DNA of 40,363 nt, from positions 39,765,326-39,805,688 of the forward strand of contig NC_068990.1 of NCBI RefSeq assembly GCF_001194135.2, read 5' to 3'. The translations under genes and the position numbers were made by a program. How positions within the stretch are numbered: the first letter of the stretch is position 1; the number at the start of each line of letters is the position of its first letter. Shown here in pieces: positions 11,665 through 24,200 of the stretch. The notes under the pieces are model-generated. The model did no database searches and was not told the DNA's origin. It saw nothing but the letters and a program-made list of their open reading frames with translations. The stretch is from Octopus bimaculoides (Eukaryota).

Positions 11665-11890
11665 CCCACCTTGAAGGGTATTTGTCAAGCAAATCCACCC
11701 CAGGATTTTCTTTTAAGCCTAGAACTTATTCTATCGATGTCTTCTTGTGGAACTGCTAAGTTACAGGGACGTAAACACACCGAAACCAATTAAGTACCAG
11801 TTATGCACTGGGTCAATATAATCGACTTAATCCCTTTGTCCGTCCTTGTTTGTCCCCTCTCTGTTTGGCATCCTGTGGGCAACAGATAAA
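11665..11890. mobile_element. Fused SINE fragments: family A 3' half (minus) joined to family B 3' end (plus)
   Basis: 11665-11781 is the reverse complement of the family A 3' half (compare 24740-24860). 11788-11890 (AATTAAGTACCAGTTATGCACTGGGTCAATATAATCGACTTAA...) is family B-like in the opposite orientation. Confidence 0.6.
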
Positions 11891-11984
11891 TAAATATTTT
11901 CAGTTGGAGAAAAGAAACTCAGCACAACTATTTAATAGACTGGTTATCTATATACTACAATAATACTGTATTAATTACATATTG

Positions 11985-13530
11985 TGGTAGATTATACTTA
12001 ATTTAATGTTGTACAGGCGATATATGATATACTGCACTGTAGTATTAAATCAGTTGTATTCTATTAAAAGTAATACATCATATACAATACTTTATGATGC
12101 ATTATAATAACAGCTGTATTTTATGTACTACACGGTATAATATATACAGTGGGATATTACATCAGTTATACTTTATTTAATGTTGCATGGCTTATATAAT
12201 ATGTACTGTAGTGTGGTATTATATAAGCTACAGTGAAGTTATTGCAGTACAATTGGTATGATATTACTATTGACTAATATCATATTAGCAATACTATGTT
12301 TACTGTAGTATGGTTGGTATACTTTATATGAAGTGGTATCAAAAGTTCCTAGATTAGTGATGTTTTATAAAAAATAACATATTTACCTAAGATTTAACAT
12401 AATCTCCTTCAAAATAGTTGCTATGCACAGCAATACTCCCGTTCCAGTCTTCCTGCCACTTTTGTAATCTGGCCTGGAAGTTGTTATCCATAAGCAAGTT
12501 GAGGATCTTCTGTGATTCACTCTGGATCTTGACAATTGTGTTAAAATAGCAAACTTTGAACTGCATTTTCATCTTGGGCAAGAGATGGAAATCCACAGGT
12601 GCTAAATCTGGTGAATCGAGCGGATGCAGAAGCAATGTTCTGTTGTTTTTGGTGAGTATCTCATGAGTGAGGAGAGCTCGGTGACAGGGTGCTTTGTCAG
12701 TGTGAAGTATCCAATTCTTTGTGCTCCACAGATCTGATCGCTTTCACTGAATATCTTCCCTCAAATGCTTCAAAATATTGCAGTAGAACTCTCAAATGAC
12801 AGTCTGGCCATGGAGGATGAATTCTCAATGCACAATTCTATGAATATCAGAAAAAATGATGAGCATGCCCTTGATTGAGCACCTGTGCCACTCAAAACAT
12901 TGCTTATGACCCATTGCCTGATAACCTTAAGCTTGCCAAAACATGGTCAAAGTCTCTGTAGCAGACTTCCCAAGTTTAACACAAAATTCTATGTTGGCAT
13001 TTTGTTCTGACTTCCTGTCCATGACAAATTCACAGACTACAGCACAAATTTTACAACTTGTAAGTAAACATAGTGATGTCACTTGACACACTGCCTCTTG
13101 AAGGTGACAACTAGCTCTCATTGCATACACAGCCATGTGCAGCCATCTGTTGGTGCACTACAGAAAGTGTTTGGGAACTTTGTGATACCACCTTGTACAA
13201 TGAGATAGTATTATGTCAGTTATATTTTATTTAATGTAATATGGCTTTTATACTATATACCATGATAGGAGATATCATATTAGCTATACTTTATTTAATG
13301 TAGTATGGCTAATATTATATACTGTGGTGCATAATATATTAACTGTAATTTATTTAATATAGCACAACTATCATGTATTTAATATATTATAGCTGGTGTG
13401 CTATTGTGTAATGCATTATATCAGCTGTCCTTTATTTCATCCAGTACATATAATCTATTATATACTCTGCTGTGGTTAGATATGTTTAAAATCCAGAATC
13501 CTAAGAAACTGTAACAGTCTCTATCAGCTA
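11985..13530. repeat. Degenerate AT-rich minisatellite (about 60-bp unit) split by a mariner insertion
   Basis: Motif TCAGTTATACTTTATTTAATGT(A/T)G(T/C)ATGGCT and variants at about 11992, 12050, 12111, 12162, 13217, 13280, 13341, 13421 and 13728. Confidence 0.7.
12329..13195 (-). mobile_element. Internally deleted mariner (D34D) with degenerate TIRs and TA TSD
   Basis: Translation reads MDRKSEQNANIEFCVKLGKSATETLTM...EWHR, then IKGMLIIFSDIHRIVH*EF...WILHTDKAPCH...HPLDSPDLAPVDFHLLPKMK...YFEGD, with 34 residues between the 2nd and 3rd catalytic Asp. Ends TA|TGAAGTGGTATCAAAAGTTCC and GGAACTTTGTGATACCACCTTG|TA. Contains stop codons and lacks the first catalytic Asp region. Confidence 0.93.
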
Positions 13531-13784
13531 TACTCAATCTACAGTCACCATTTCTAAGCCACTTGGTACATTTTTGAAAAAAAATTGGTTACTTTCTTGG
13601 GTAGATCATGCAACTATACACGCACTCATTTTTCCTCACTGCAGCTGAGACCATTGAAACTGATATATGGAAGAATGTACTGCCACCAAAATAGTCCATG
13701 GTGCACTATATGGAGCTGGATTATATCAGCTGTAGTCTATTTAATGCAGTATATGATATACTATATAACAGATCTCCAATGTCT

Positions 13785-13900
13785 ATCCTACACCTCTGCT
13801 CATTGTACCATTCAATGTCCCTCATCAAGATTACACACTATTTTCTTAAGCATAGTCACACTGTATCAGCAACAACTATCTAGTGATACCATGGGCCCTC
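13785..13900 (-). mobile_element. Possible highly decayed RTE-type LINE C-terminal fragment
   Basis: The minus strand reads LIQCDYA*ENSV*S**GTLNGTMSRG, loosely like the RTE C-terminal G(T)LEGxRxRGR motif. Many stop codons. Confidence 0.25.
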
Positions 13901-13965
13901 AGAAATTCTAGGCTGATATCCAGCATGCTGGAAAATCACTACGAGTGAGGCACCACTCAGCTTTC

Positions 13966-14104
13966 GCCTTGGGCCAGCCAAATCCTTGTGAGTGGGTTTG
14001 GTAGACGCAAACTGAAAGAAGCCCGCAGTATATATCTATCTATCTATCTATTTATCTATCTATCTGTCTATCTATCCATCTGTCTATCTATCTATCTATC
14101 TATC

Positions 14105-14136
<32 letters not shown>

Positions 14137-14239
14137 GTGTGTTTGTGTGTCTGTGTTTATCCCCACCACCATCGCTTGACAACCGATGCTGGTTTGTTTA
14201 CGTCTCCGTAACTTAGCGGTTTGGCAAAAAGAGACCGAT
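13966..14239 (+). mobile_element. SINE family A lacking its head, with an internal (ATCT)n/(AT)n tract
   Basis: CCTTGTGAGTGGGTTTGGTAGACGCAAACTGAAAGAAGCCC, microsatellite, then CCATCGCTTGACAACCGATGCTGG..., running into a gap. Confidence 0.85.
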
Positions 14240-15783
14240 NNNNNNNNNNNNNNNNNNNNNNNNNNNNNNNNNNNNNNNNNNNNNNNNNNNNNNNNNNNNN
14301 NNNNNNNNNNNNNNNNNNNNNNNNNNNNNNNNNNNNNNNNNNNNNNNNNNNNNNNNNNNNNNNNNNNNNNNNNNNNNNNNNNNNNNNNNNNNNNNNNNNN
14401 NNNNNNNNNNNNNNNNNNNNNNNNNNNNNNNNNNNNNNNNNNNNNNNNNNNNNNNNNNNNNNNNNNNNNNNNNNNNNNNNNNNNNNNNNNNNNNNNNNNN
14501 NNNNNNNNNNNNNNNNNNNNNNNNNNNNNNNNNNNNNNNNNNNNNNNNNNNNNNNNNNNNNNNNNNNNNNNNNNNNNNNNNNNNNNNNNNNNNNNNNNNN
14601 NNNNNNNNNNNNNNNNNNNNNNNNNNNNNNNNNNNNNNNNNNNNNNNNNNNNNNNNNNNNNNNNNNNNNNNNNNNNNNNNNNNNNNNNNNNNNNNNNNNN
14701 NNNNNNNNNNNNNNNNNNNNNNNNNNNNNNNNNNNNNNNNNNNNNNNNNNNNNNNNNNNNNNNNNNNNNNNNNNNNNNNNNNNNNNNNNNNNNNNNNNNN
14801 NNNNNNNNNNNNNNNNNNNNNNNNNNNNNNNNNNNNNNNNNNNNNNNNNNNNNNNNNNNNNNNNNNNNNNNNNNNNNNNNNNNNNNNNNNNNNNNNNNNN
14901 NNNNNNNNNNNNNNNNNNNNNNNNNNNNNNNNNNNNNNNNNNNNNNNNNNNNNNNNNNNNNNNNNNNNNNNNNNNNNNNNNNNNNNNNNNNNNNNNNNNN
15001 NNNNNNNNNNNNNNNNNNNNNNNNNNNNNNNNNNNNNNNNNNNNNNNNNNNNNNNNNNNNNGGCCTGCAATGGTTATGACAATAGAGGGTATGGGTGTGG
15101 GGGGGTTGACTTAAGGCCAAGGATGGAAGAAGGTAACAGTAGTAGTTTAGAGACTGATGTCTGAGTTTAGGTGGGAAGAGAGAAAGAAAGAGAGTGTGAA
15201 GGAGAGATAGAAAAAGAGAGAGAATGAAGGAGGGAGAGAGTGGGGGAGAGAGTTTTTTTTTTCAAATTTGTTTCTCTTTTTCACTGGATTTCCTTTTTTT
15301 GAGGGATTTAAAAAAATTTTTCTTCTTTCTTTTAGAATGGGAAATGGGAGGATCTCAATGGCTGTAGGAGTGGAGGGCGGTGGCAATACTCACAATGTTA
15401 GTGAGGGCGTTAGCGGCAGTAAAGGTAATGGTGGCATTTGTGGATTTTGTTGTTGTTGCAGTGGTGGTGGTGGTGGCGGTGGTGGTGGTGGTGATGGGTG
15501 TGTTGTGGGATGGAAAAAAGATTTGTTAAATAACTGGCAGTGGTGACAATCACTAGAATAATTATGACTACTGCAAACCTAGCCCATACATCAATGTTAG
15601 TCCGTTATCATCGTCCTTATCATTATCGCTATTATTGTTATAATTATTATTATTATCATTATTATTATTATTATTATTATTATTGTTCTTATTATATTAA
15701 TTATTATTGTTGTTGCTATTTTGAAATTATAATGGTTGCCGTTTTTGTCATTATTATTATCTTTATCATTATTATCATCATCA

Positions 15784-15851
<68 letters not shown>

Positions 15852-15928
15852 GTTATTGGTCTTCAACCAGAGCAGGTGGAAGTGTCTTTGCAAAATTTTA
15901 GCCAAAGTTATTATTATGTGGAGTTTTA

Positions 15929-16142
15929 TTGCCTGTAATATAATGGTAGTTTTCCTCTGTAATAACAACAACAACAACAATGACAACAACAGCACCAACA
16001 GCAGCAGCAGCATCAACAAGAATACTTCTGCTCTTATAGTTAATGACAACAGCAACAACAACAGCAGCAGCAGCAACAACAGTATCACTAACATTTCTGC
16101 ACCCACAACAACAATAACAAGAATATGATGAACCACAAAGTC

Positions 16143-16179
<37 letters not shown>

Positions 16180-16783
16180 GCCCCCACTTTTCTNNNNNNN
16201 NNNNNNNNNNNNNNNNNNNNNNNNNNNNNNNNNNNNNNNNNNNNNNNNNNNNNNNNNNNNNNNNNNNNNNNNNNNNNNNNNNNNNNNNNNNNNNNNNNNN
16301 NNNNNNNNNNNNNNNNNNNNNNNNNNNNNNNNNNNNNNNNNNNNNNNNNNNNNNNNNNNNNNNNNNNNNNNNNNNNNNNNNNNNNNNNNNNNNNNNNNNN
16401 NNNNNNNNNNNNNNNNNNNNNNNNNNNNNNNNNNNNNNNNNNNNNNNNNNNNNNNNNNNNNNNNNNNNNNNNNNNNNNNNNNNNNNNNNNNNNNNNNNNN
16501 NNNNNNNNNNNNNNNNNNNNNNNNNNNNNNNNNNNNNNNNNNNNNNNNNNNNNNNNNNNNNNNNNNNNNTTGCCTGTAATATAATGGTAGTTTTCCTCTG
16601 TAATAACAACAACAACAACAAAGACAACAACAGCACCAACAGCAGCAGCAGCATCAACAAGAATACTTCTACTCTTATAGTTAATGACAACAGCAACAAC
16701 AACAGCAGCAGCAGCAACAACAGTATCACTAACATTTCTGCACCCACAACAACAATAACAAGAATATGATGAACCACAAAGTC

Positions 16784-16832
<49 letters not shown>

Positions 16833-16846
16833 GCCCCCACTTTTCT
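15929..16846 (+). repeat. About 265-bp direct duplication across a gap (15929-16193 and 16570-16846), probable assembly or allelic artefact
   Basis: Copy 1 ends exactly at the gap and copy 2 starts exactly after it. They differ by two substitutions and in (AAC)n length. Confidence 0.85.
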
Positions 16847-17284
16847 TCAAGTAGCAACAAGAAGAACACAACAATAGCAACAACAATAACAATTGCAACA
16901 ACAGTATCAATAACACTTCCGACTAACCCTCACCAACTCTTCTCCCACACACACACTTGCAGCTACAACAAAGGGGGAAGAAATAAAGAGGAAGAAGGGA
17001 GGGATGAGGAGGAAAGCCGAGTGCAAGTGAAAGAAAGAGGATGAACAATAAGTGAAAAGAAAGAGAGAGAGAGAGAGATAGTAACAGAGAAAGAGGGGTT
17101 TCACTAAAGAAAGAAGGAAATGCTGTGAGTAAAGAGAAAGAGAGAGAGAGAGAGAGACATGGTGAGAAATAGAGAGGGAGAAAGTAAAAGTAAAGGGAGA
17201 GAGAGAATAAGAGAGAGACAACGTAAAAAGAGAAGAAAGTATAATTAACGAGAGGAGCTTATCTAATGAGAGTGTTAGCGCAAA

Positions 17285-17319
<35 letters not shown>

Positions 17320-17320
17320 A

Positions 17321-17357
<37 letters not shown>

Positions 17358-17409
17358 NNNNNNNNNNATAGATAGATAGACAGATAGATAGATAGATAGA
17401 TAGATAGAC

Positions 17410-17440
<31 letters not shown>

Positions 17441-18199
17441 GACAGAGTGAGTTTTAGAGGGTGCAGAAAGACAAGAAAGAAAATGAAAGTGAAAGTTAAA
17501 TAGAAATAAAATATAATTCCTGACAGAATAATTACAAGTAGAAATCGAAAATAATGAACGAAAATATTGCATAGATTTTTTTTGTTGTTATTGTTATTGT
17601 ATCTATAGGTCAGTGTTGATCAAGGAGACTTATACTCAAAGGACTTCCCTGCCATGGGGCAATCCTGCCCATTTTATCAGAGATAGTTAATCTAGGATCA
17701 CATTGTACAATGTGTCTTTTTTCCAAGAGAGAAAGACATGATTTAAGGAAGATTCAACTGCTATTTCTAACACCTCTAACATACATATATAGAAGCTCCC
17801 TCATTAGCTCAAACTCACTAAGGTAGTGGCTGTTTGTGCTGTTATTGTTTTTGTTTTACAGCTGCCTTTGTTGTTGTTGGTTGTTGTTGTTGTTGTTGTT
17901 GTTGTTCTCTTTTGTTTATGACTGCAAGCCTTGATTTTCATGTGCAGGACTTGTTCTGCAATAATTCTTATCTGGACTGTTTGTTGGGATGAAAATAATT
18001 ACATCCTGGTAGAGTCATTGTAGCTCTATTTTTACAGTATTTTAGTTATCTTATATGCTATATCTGAGATACAGTAAAGTGCTTGGCAGTGACCAGTTAC
18101 TACACAATCACTAGAAGAATTTGACACCTAAAGATGTATAATACTATTACAAACAATCTTTTATTCACATTACATATATTCATTTAGAACTATCAGTGG

Positions 18200-18510
18200 C
18201 ACGTGAAAAGTCATTCGAGTGAGATCGTTGCCAGTGCCGCTGGACTGGCTCCTGTGCAGGTGGCACATAAAATACACCATTTTGAGCATGGCCGTTGCCA
18301 GTACCACCTCACTGGCCTTCATGCCGGTGGCAGTAAAAGCACCCACTACACTCTCGGAGAGGTTGGCGTTAGGAAGGGCATCCAGCTGTAGAAACTCTGC
18401 CAAATCAGATTGGAGCCTGGTGTAGTCATCTGGATCACCAGTCCTCAGTCAAATGTCTAACCCATGCTAGCATGGAAAGCGGATGTTAAACGATGATGAT
18501 GATGATGATA
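18200..18510 (+). mobile_element. Retroposon family C, near-complete copy with (GAT)n tail
   Basis: Modular head, the core described above, and 3' end CCCATGCTAGCATGGAAAGCGGATGTTAAACGATGATGATG. Confidence 0.88.
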
Positions 18511-18597
18511 TAGTAATCACACACATACATATCATCATCATTCTCATCATTGTTTTAATGTCCACTCTCCCAAGATCATATGGGTTGGATGAAACAA

Positions 18598-19184
18598 TAA
18601 TCTCCTTTGAGATAGGATCCTCTGACTGCAATGCCTATGTTGTAGCAATCCAGCTCCTTCAGGGAGATTTCATAGAAATCAGCCAAAGTGAAAGCGTACA
18701 GAACCCTTGTCACAGCCTCTGTCACCTCCTTCTTCAGCTTCCAGGACAACCAAAAGTCAAGGGGAGAAAGGTATGTACAGTAGGGAGAATGAGGGACAGT
18801 TTTGTTGCCCATCTCTATCAAGTAGTTGGTTATCAGGATAGAATTGTGGACTGGTGCATTGTCCTGGTGTAGATGTTCTGGCCTTTTGCAATAAAATCTC
18901 TTCCTCAACTATCTCTAAACCTCCACAAAATATTCTTTATTGACTGCCTTGCCAGAGAGAAACCAGCGAATGTAGATGATCCCCTTACTGTCGAAAAAGG
19001 GGATTATCATGATTTTCCTAATGAATTTTCTCTCCCAAACCTTTTGTGCAACCAAAAAACCAGATGCAGTTTAATCCATAAGCAGTTTAGGGCATTACAT
19101 AAGTTTCTGCAGCATTTTCCCCAGTTTAATCCAAAACTTTATGGCATAGCAAGCTTTCAAATTGTCTTCATGTCCCAACTGCAT
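18598..19184 (-). pseudogene. Second internally deleted mariner transposase (D34D), different family from 12329-13195
   Basis: Translation reads ...YAIKFWIKLGK...(W)LHKRFGRE, then RKIMIIPFFDSKGIIYIRWFLSGKAVNKEYFVEV*R*LRKRF...HQDNAPVHNSILITNYLIEMGNKTVPHSPYCTYLSPLDFW...YLKGD. 34 residues between QD and LD. Contains stops and frameshifts. TIRs not securely identified. Confidence 0.9.
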
Positions 19185-20482
19185 TCTGTAAATCAGTCAG
19201 CTGTGACAAGCTGTATTTAGCAGGGTGTGTTCAAAGTGCAGGACAGACATCTCCTTTAATGTGGAATAACAAAAGTTGGTAGATCAGCTTATTAGATATA
19301 TAGTAATGATATGCTAAAATTACAATAATGTAGGACAGCTATAACTGCCTCTTCTAAATAAGTCTCAAAACATCTGGAATATATATATAGCTCATACATA
19401 TAGCTATTCTCTTTATCACCAATTGTTATTGTTATCATTACAATTTAGAATATGCTGGAAGGTCTCTTGCACTCTCTTTGTCATCGCTTTCTTTCAGCTA
19501 TCACATTTGATCCATCTACCATCTTTAGATAACTTTTATATAGTTTTACATGGCTTTTCATTAATCACGATATAAATTATGCATAAGACTTTTACAAAAG
19601 ATGATTCATCTTTTTTTTATTTTTTATAAATTTTGAATTCTTTATTTCTATGCATTTTCATGTACCTTTCCCATTATTTCAGACTAAATTTTGTCCATTA
19701 ATATTAACCAGTTTTTTTTTGTATTTGTGTGTTCATTTTGTTTTTATAATGCCTAGCAAAAATACACAACAATTGTTTTACCCTTCACCCAACACTCTAC
19801 AGCTCTCTCCAGCCAATATATGATTTTTACTCACTTTTACCTGTTCTTCCTCACCTATGTATATGATTCTGTATCAGCATTTGTTATCATTGTGTGTACA
19901 CTTTGTTTCAAAGTTTCATACCTTCTTTAACAAACCCCTCTCTCTTTTATAGTTCTTGACCACCTCTTTCTCTTATCTAAACTTCCTTTCATTCATTCTT
20001 CCCCAGAGCAAATTTGATTTTATTAATATATTTGTACACTTTTGTTTTTAATTTTAATTCTATTGTTGAATGATTATGTCTGTTTCTTAAATTTTCAAAT
20101 GGTTCTTACCTAGGATTTTTCCTTGGCTGCAGATATTATAAACATTTTTCTTCCTAAATGCATAAAGTTTCATTTATTCAATTTTAATTTACATTATTAG
20201 CATTTATATTATTTCTGTCAAACAGTCAATCAAATTATCCAATAAATTTCATTGATTTTCTATTGACCACAGATGTTCACTTGTGTCTGGTGATTGGTAG
20301 CATAAAATTCAGGGTTACAGATTGTGAAAATCTTTCAGTGTCAATAAAACACTTATGATGTTCCATTCTATAACTTTCCATCCTTTTCTTACTTCCCTCC
20401 AAAACCTATCACCCCTACCATCACATTAACTAATGACATAGACGATATGCACTCCTGCTTGCTATTATTGCCAGGCCTGGTT

Positions 20483-21016
20483 CATTATCATCACTATCAT
20501 CATTTAACATCCATTTTCCATGCTGGCATGGGTTGAACAGTTTGACAGGATCTGGCGAGGCTGAAGACTACACCAGGCTTCTCTGTCTCTTTGGCAAAGC
20601 TTTTAAGGTTGGATGCTCTTCCTAACACCAACTAACTTTCAGAGTGGACTGAGTGCTTTTTACATGGCACCAGCACCAGTGATGTCTGTTTTGGCATGGT
20701 TTTTGCAGCTGGATGCCCTTCTAAATGCCAACACTTATGTGCATGTATCTAGAGGTGTGTTGTTTGGATATGTTTCTTGCGTTGTGTGTGTGTTTGTTTG
20801 TAAATATATATAAGCACAGACATGCCTGTGTTAAAGAGTTTGCTTCCCAGGCACAGGGTCACAGGTTCAGTTCCTCTGCATGGCACTGCAGACAAGTGCC
20901 TTCTACAATAGCTGCAAGCCAACAAAAATCTTGAGAGTAAATCTGATAGGCAGAAACTGAAAGAAGCCCATCATGTATGTGTGTGTGTGTATGTGTGTGT
21001 GTGTATGTGTGTGTGT

Positions 21017-21051
<35 letters not shown>

Positions 21052-21260
21052 AATCACCATCACCATCACATCACCATCATCATCATCACTTAACTTCTGT
21101 CTTCCATGCTGGCAGGGTTGGACTGTTTGACAGGATACACTGAGATGGAGAACTACTTTGAACTCCAGTGTCTGCTTTGATATAGTTTCTTTGGCTGGAT
21201 GCCCTTCCTAAAGTGAACCAATTCACAGAGTGTACTGTTGATTTTTTTCAGAGTGCACTG
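20483..21260. mobile_element. SINE cluster: C-related (minus, about 20483-20735), A (plus, about 20820-20972), C-related (minus, about 21075-21260)
   Basis: Recognisable family cores (GGATGCCCTTCCTAA; GGTTCAGTTCCTCTGCATGGCAC...GAAACTGAAAGAAGCCCATC) separated by (TG)n and (CAT)n. Confidence 0.75.
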
Positions 21261-21721
21261 CTGCTATAGAAGAGATGTATGGCTACCCCACATAATATGA
21301 CAGCAGGTGGGAGAAAGTGGAAAGAAGGTAGAAATATTGGTGACGAGGCGTTGGTGCATATTATCAAAATAGAAGGTGAGTATATGAGAGAATACTGAGA
21401 ATGGCTATGTGTGGGTGGATAGGTTCACGGCAGCGTGATAGGGGAGTGAAAGGTGGCTGTGGATGGATTTTCAGAAAAAGAAATCAAATAACTAAATTGC
21501 ACATTATAAATACAATCTGTAAGTGGGACAGCAAAAATATGCAAGACATTTCTCAAGTTTAAAATATGACATTGTTCAATGATGGAGTAATGTATCTTTA
21601 TTAGAAACCAGCTCCTTCTTCAGTGGAGGAATTTGCATAGTTAAAAAAAGAGAGCTACACATACATACATACATACATACATACACACATACATACATAA
21701 ATACATACGTACATTCATCAG

Positions 21722-21876
21722 AGCCGGCGGCACATAAAAGCACCCACTACACTCTCGGAGTGGTTGGCGTTAGGAAGGGCATCCAGGTGTTGAAACTCTG
21801 CCAAATCAGATTGGAGCCTAGTGTAGCCATCTGGTTCACCAGTCCTAAGTCAAATCGTCCAACCCATGCTAGCATG
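21722..21876 (+). mobile_element. Family C, 5'-truncated copy
   Basis: AAAGCACCCACTACACTCTCGGAGTGGTTGGCGTTAGGAAGGGCATCC...CCAACCCATGCTAGCATG. Confidence 0.88.
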
Positions 21877-22308
21877 ATGATGCATGCATACATGCATGCA
21901 TGTATGTATATATGTGCATATATATAAACCTCTAATACGTTCTGCATAGACGCATGCCAACATAATAGAGAGATGGGGAATATATAAATGGCATCCACTT
22001 TATATATATATATATATATNNNNNNNNNNNNNNNNNNNNNNNNNNNNNNNNNNNNNNNNNNNNNNNNNNNNNNNNNNNNNNNNNNNNNNNNNNNNNNNNN
22101 NNNNNNNNNNNNNNNNNNNNNNNNNNNNNNNNNNNNNNNNNNNNNNNNNNNNNNNNNNNNNNNNNNNNNNNNNNNNNNNNNNNNACACACACACACACAC
22201 ACACACATTCTAATACCTATCTAATCTATCTATTTATCTATGCATATATACAATATAGAAATTCTATCAACACAATACATATACACACTCTTACACACAC
22301 ACACACAC

Positions 22309-22354
<46 letters not shown>

Positions 22355-22952
22355 TTAATGCCAAAACTGTATACATATTCCTCACAAATGCATATAAGCC
22401 CACATCAGAAAAACACCTCTGAACCTTCTGGTTAATCTTATAATCACTTACTATAAAAGCCTGAAAGAAATGTATGTGTTAGAGTGTGTGTGTGTGTGTA
22501 TATATATATATTATCACACATATGCCCACATGTGTACACACACACACATATGTATATACAGTCATGTATAGATATATATCCTGCTATATCATCAACAGCC
22601 AAAATACCTTTTTATGTCAGTCCAAAGTCTCCATGGTACTGTTGACATAATAAGGATTTTCTGCCTATTTCCTCTTTTGATGATCGTGTCTCTACTTCTT
22701 CATTATATCCTAATAAAATATTCACTTGGGTGTGTTTTTGTGTGTATGAATGTATAAGCATCAGTTACATGTGCTGCAGTGTGAATTGTGTGTATGTATG
22801 CATGTTTGTATGTGCGTGTGTTTATAAACACACACTCACAAACACACAAAACACGCACACACAGATACAATCTTTCTATTGTAGTTTATCTATGTATGTG
22901 TTCAGTATGTATGTATATGTATATGCATGCAAATATATGTGTGTTTTTGTGT

Positions 22953-23009
<57 letters not shown>

Positions 23010-23687
23010 AATACATGTATGTGTGTATATATAAATAATACATATATTATACACATATATATGAGTATATTTATNNNNNNNNNNNNNNNNNNNNNNNNNN
23101 NNNNNNNNNNNNNNNNNNNNNNNNNNNNNNNNNNNNNNNNNNNNNNNNNNNNNNNNNNNNNNNNNNNNNNNNNNNNNNNNNNNNNNNNNNNNNNNNNNNN
23201 NNNNNNNNNNNNNNNNNNNNNNNNNNNNNNNNNNNNNNNNNNNNNNNNNNNNNNNNNNNNNNNNNNNNNNNNNNNNNNNNNNNNNNNNNNNNNNNNNNNN
23301 NNNNNNNNNNNNNNNNNNNNNNNNNNNNNNNNNNNNNNNNNNNNNNNNNNNNNNNNNNNNNNNNNNNNNNNNNNNNNNNNNNNNNNNNNNNNNNNNNNNN
23401 NNNNNNNNNNNNNNNNNNNNNNNNNNNNNNNNNNNNNNNNNNNNNNNNNNNNNNNNNNNNNNNNNNNNNNNNNNNNNNNNNNNNNNNNNNNNNNNNNNNN
23501 NNNNNNNNNNNNNNNNNNNNNNNNNNNNNNNNNNNNNNNNNNNNNNNNNNNNNNNNNNNNNNNNNNNNNNNNNNNNNNNNNNNNNNNNNNNNNNNNNNNN
23601 NNNNNNNNNNNNNNNNNNNNNNNNNNNNNNNNNNNNNNNNNNNNNNNNNNNNNNNNNNNNNNNNNNNNNNNNNNNNNNNNNNNNNNN

Positions 23688-23742
<55 letters not shown>

Positions 23743-23789
23743 CATACATATAATATGCATATTATAAATATTATAAATATATATTCTTT

Positions 23790-23996
23790 AATTCTTTTAC
23801 TTGTTTCAGTCATTTGACTATGGCCTAGCTGGAGTACCACTTTTAGTCAAACAAATCAACCCAACCCCAGGACTTATTCTTTTTAAGCCTAGTACTCATT
23901 CTATTAGTATCTTTTGCTGAACTATTAAGTTACAGGGATGTATACACACCAACTTTGGTTGTCAAATGATAGCAGGGGACAAACACAGACACACAC
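23790..23996 (-). mobile_element. SINE family A 3' half
   Basis: Reverse complement of the 24697-24913 type sequence (TTACTTGTTTCAGTCATTTGACT...CCCCAGGACTTATTCTTT...GGGGACAAACACAGACAC). Confidence 0.8.
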
Positions 23997-24200
23997 ATAT
24001 AAAGCTGGTGTGAATGAAGTGAATGCCTAAAGGCAGGAACATGAGAGATGGACACAAGGCGTGTTGACAGTCAGCAGTCAGAAAGAAAGAAAGAAAAAAA
24101 GATCAAGGTTGGCTGGACACGGGTCATGTGGAGAGAGGAGAAATGGGTAGGGGACATATATATACTTACAAATGTATATTAAAATAAGCTTCATGTTTGA

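Noticed and set aside
15860-16128. Hydrophobic ORF segment RWKCLCKILAKVIIMWSFIACNIMVVFLC followed by an N/S-rich tail
   Set aside because: Embedded between (ATT)n and (AAC)n tracts, with no convincing splice sites or homology.
15929-16846. Tandem duplication as a biological event
   Set aside because: The copies abut the gap exactly and differ like alleles, so a scaffolding artefact is the most likely explanation.
17699-17714. Perfect 16-bp palindrome CACATTGTACAATGTG
   Set aside because: Isolated, within a repeat-like segment, with no flanking TIR/TSD structure.
21270-21381. Possible exon ending in a perfect AG|GTGAGT donor (KRCMATPHNMTAGGRKWKEGRNIGDEALVHIIKIE)
   Set aside because: Weak acceptor adjoining a SINE, no homology, and the phase does not fit the next candidate exon. 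One such donor is expected by chance in 40 kb.
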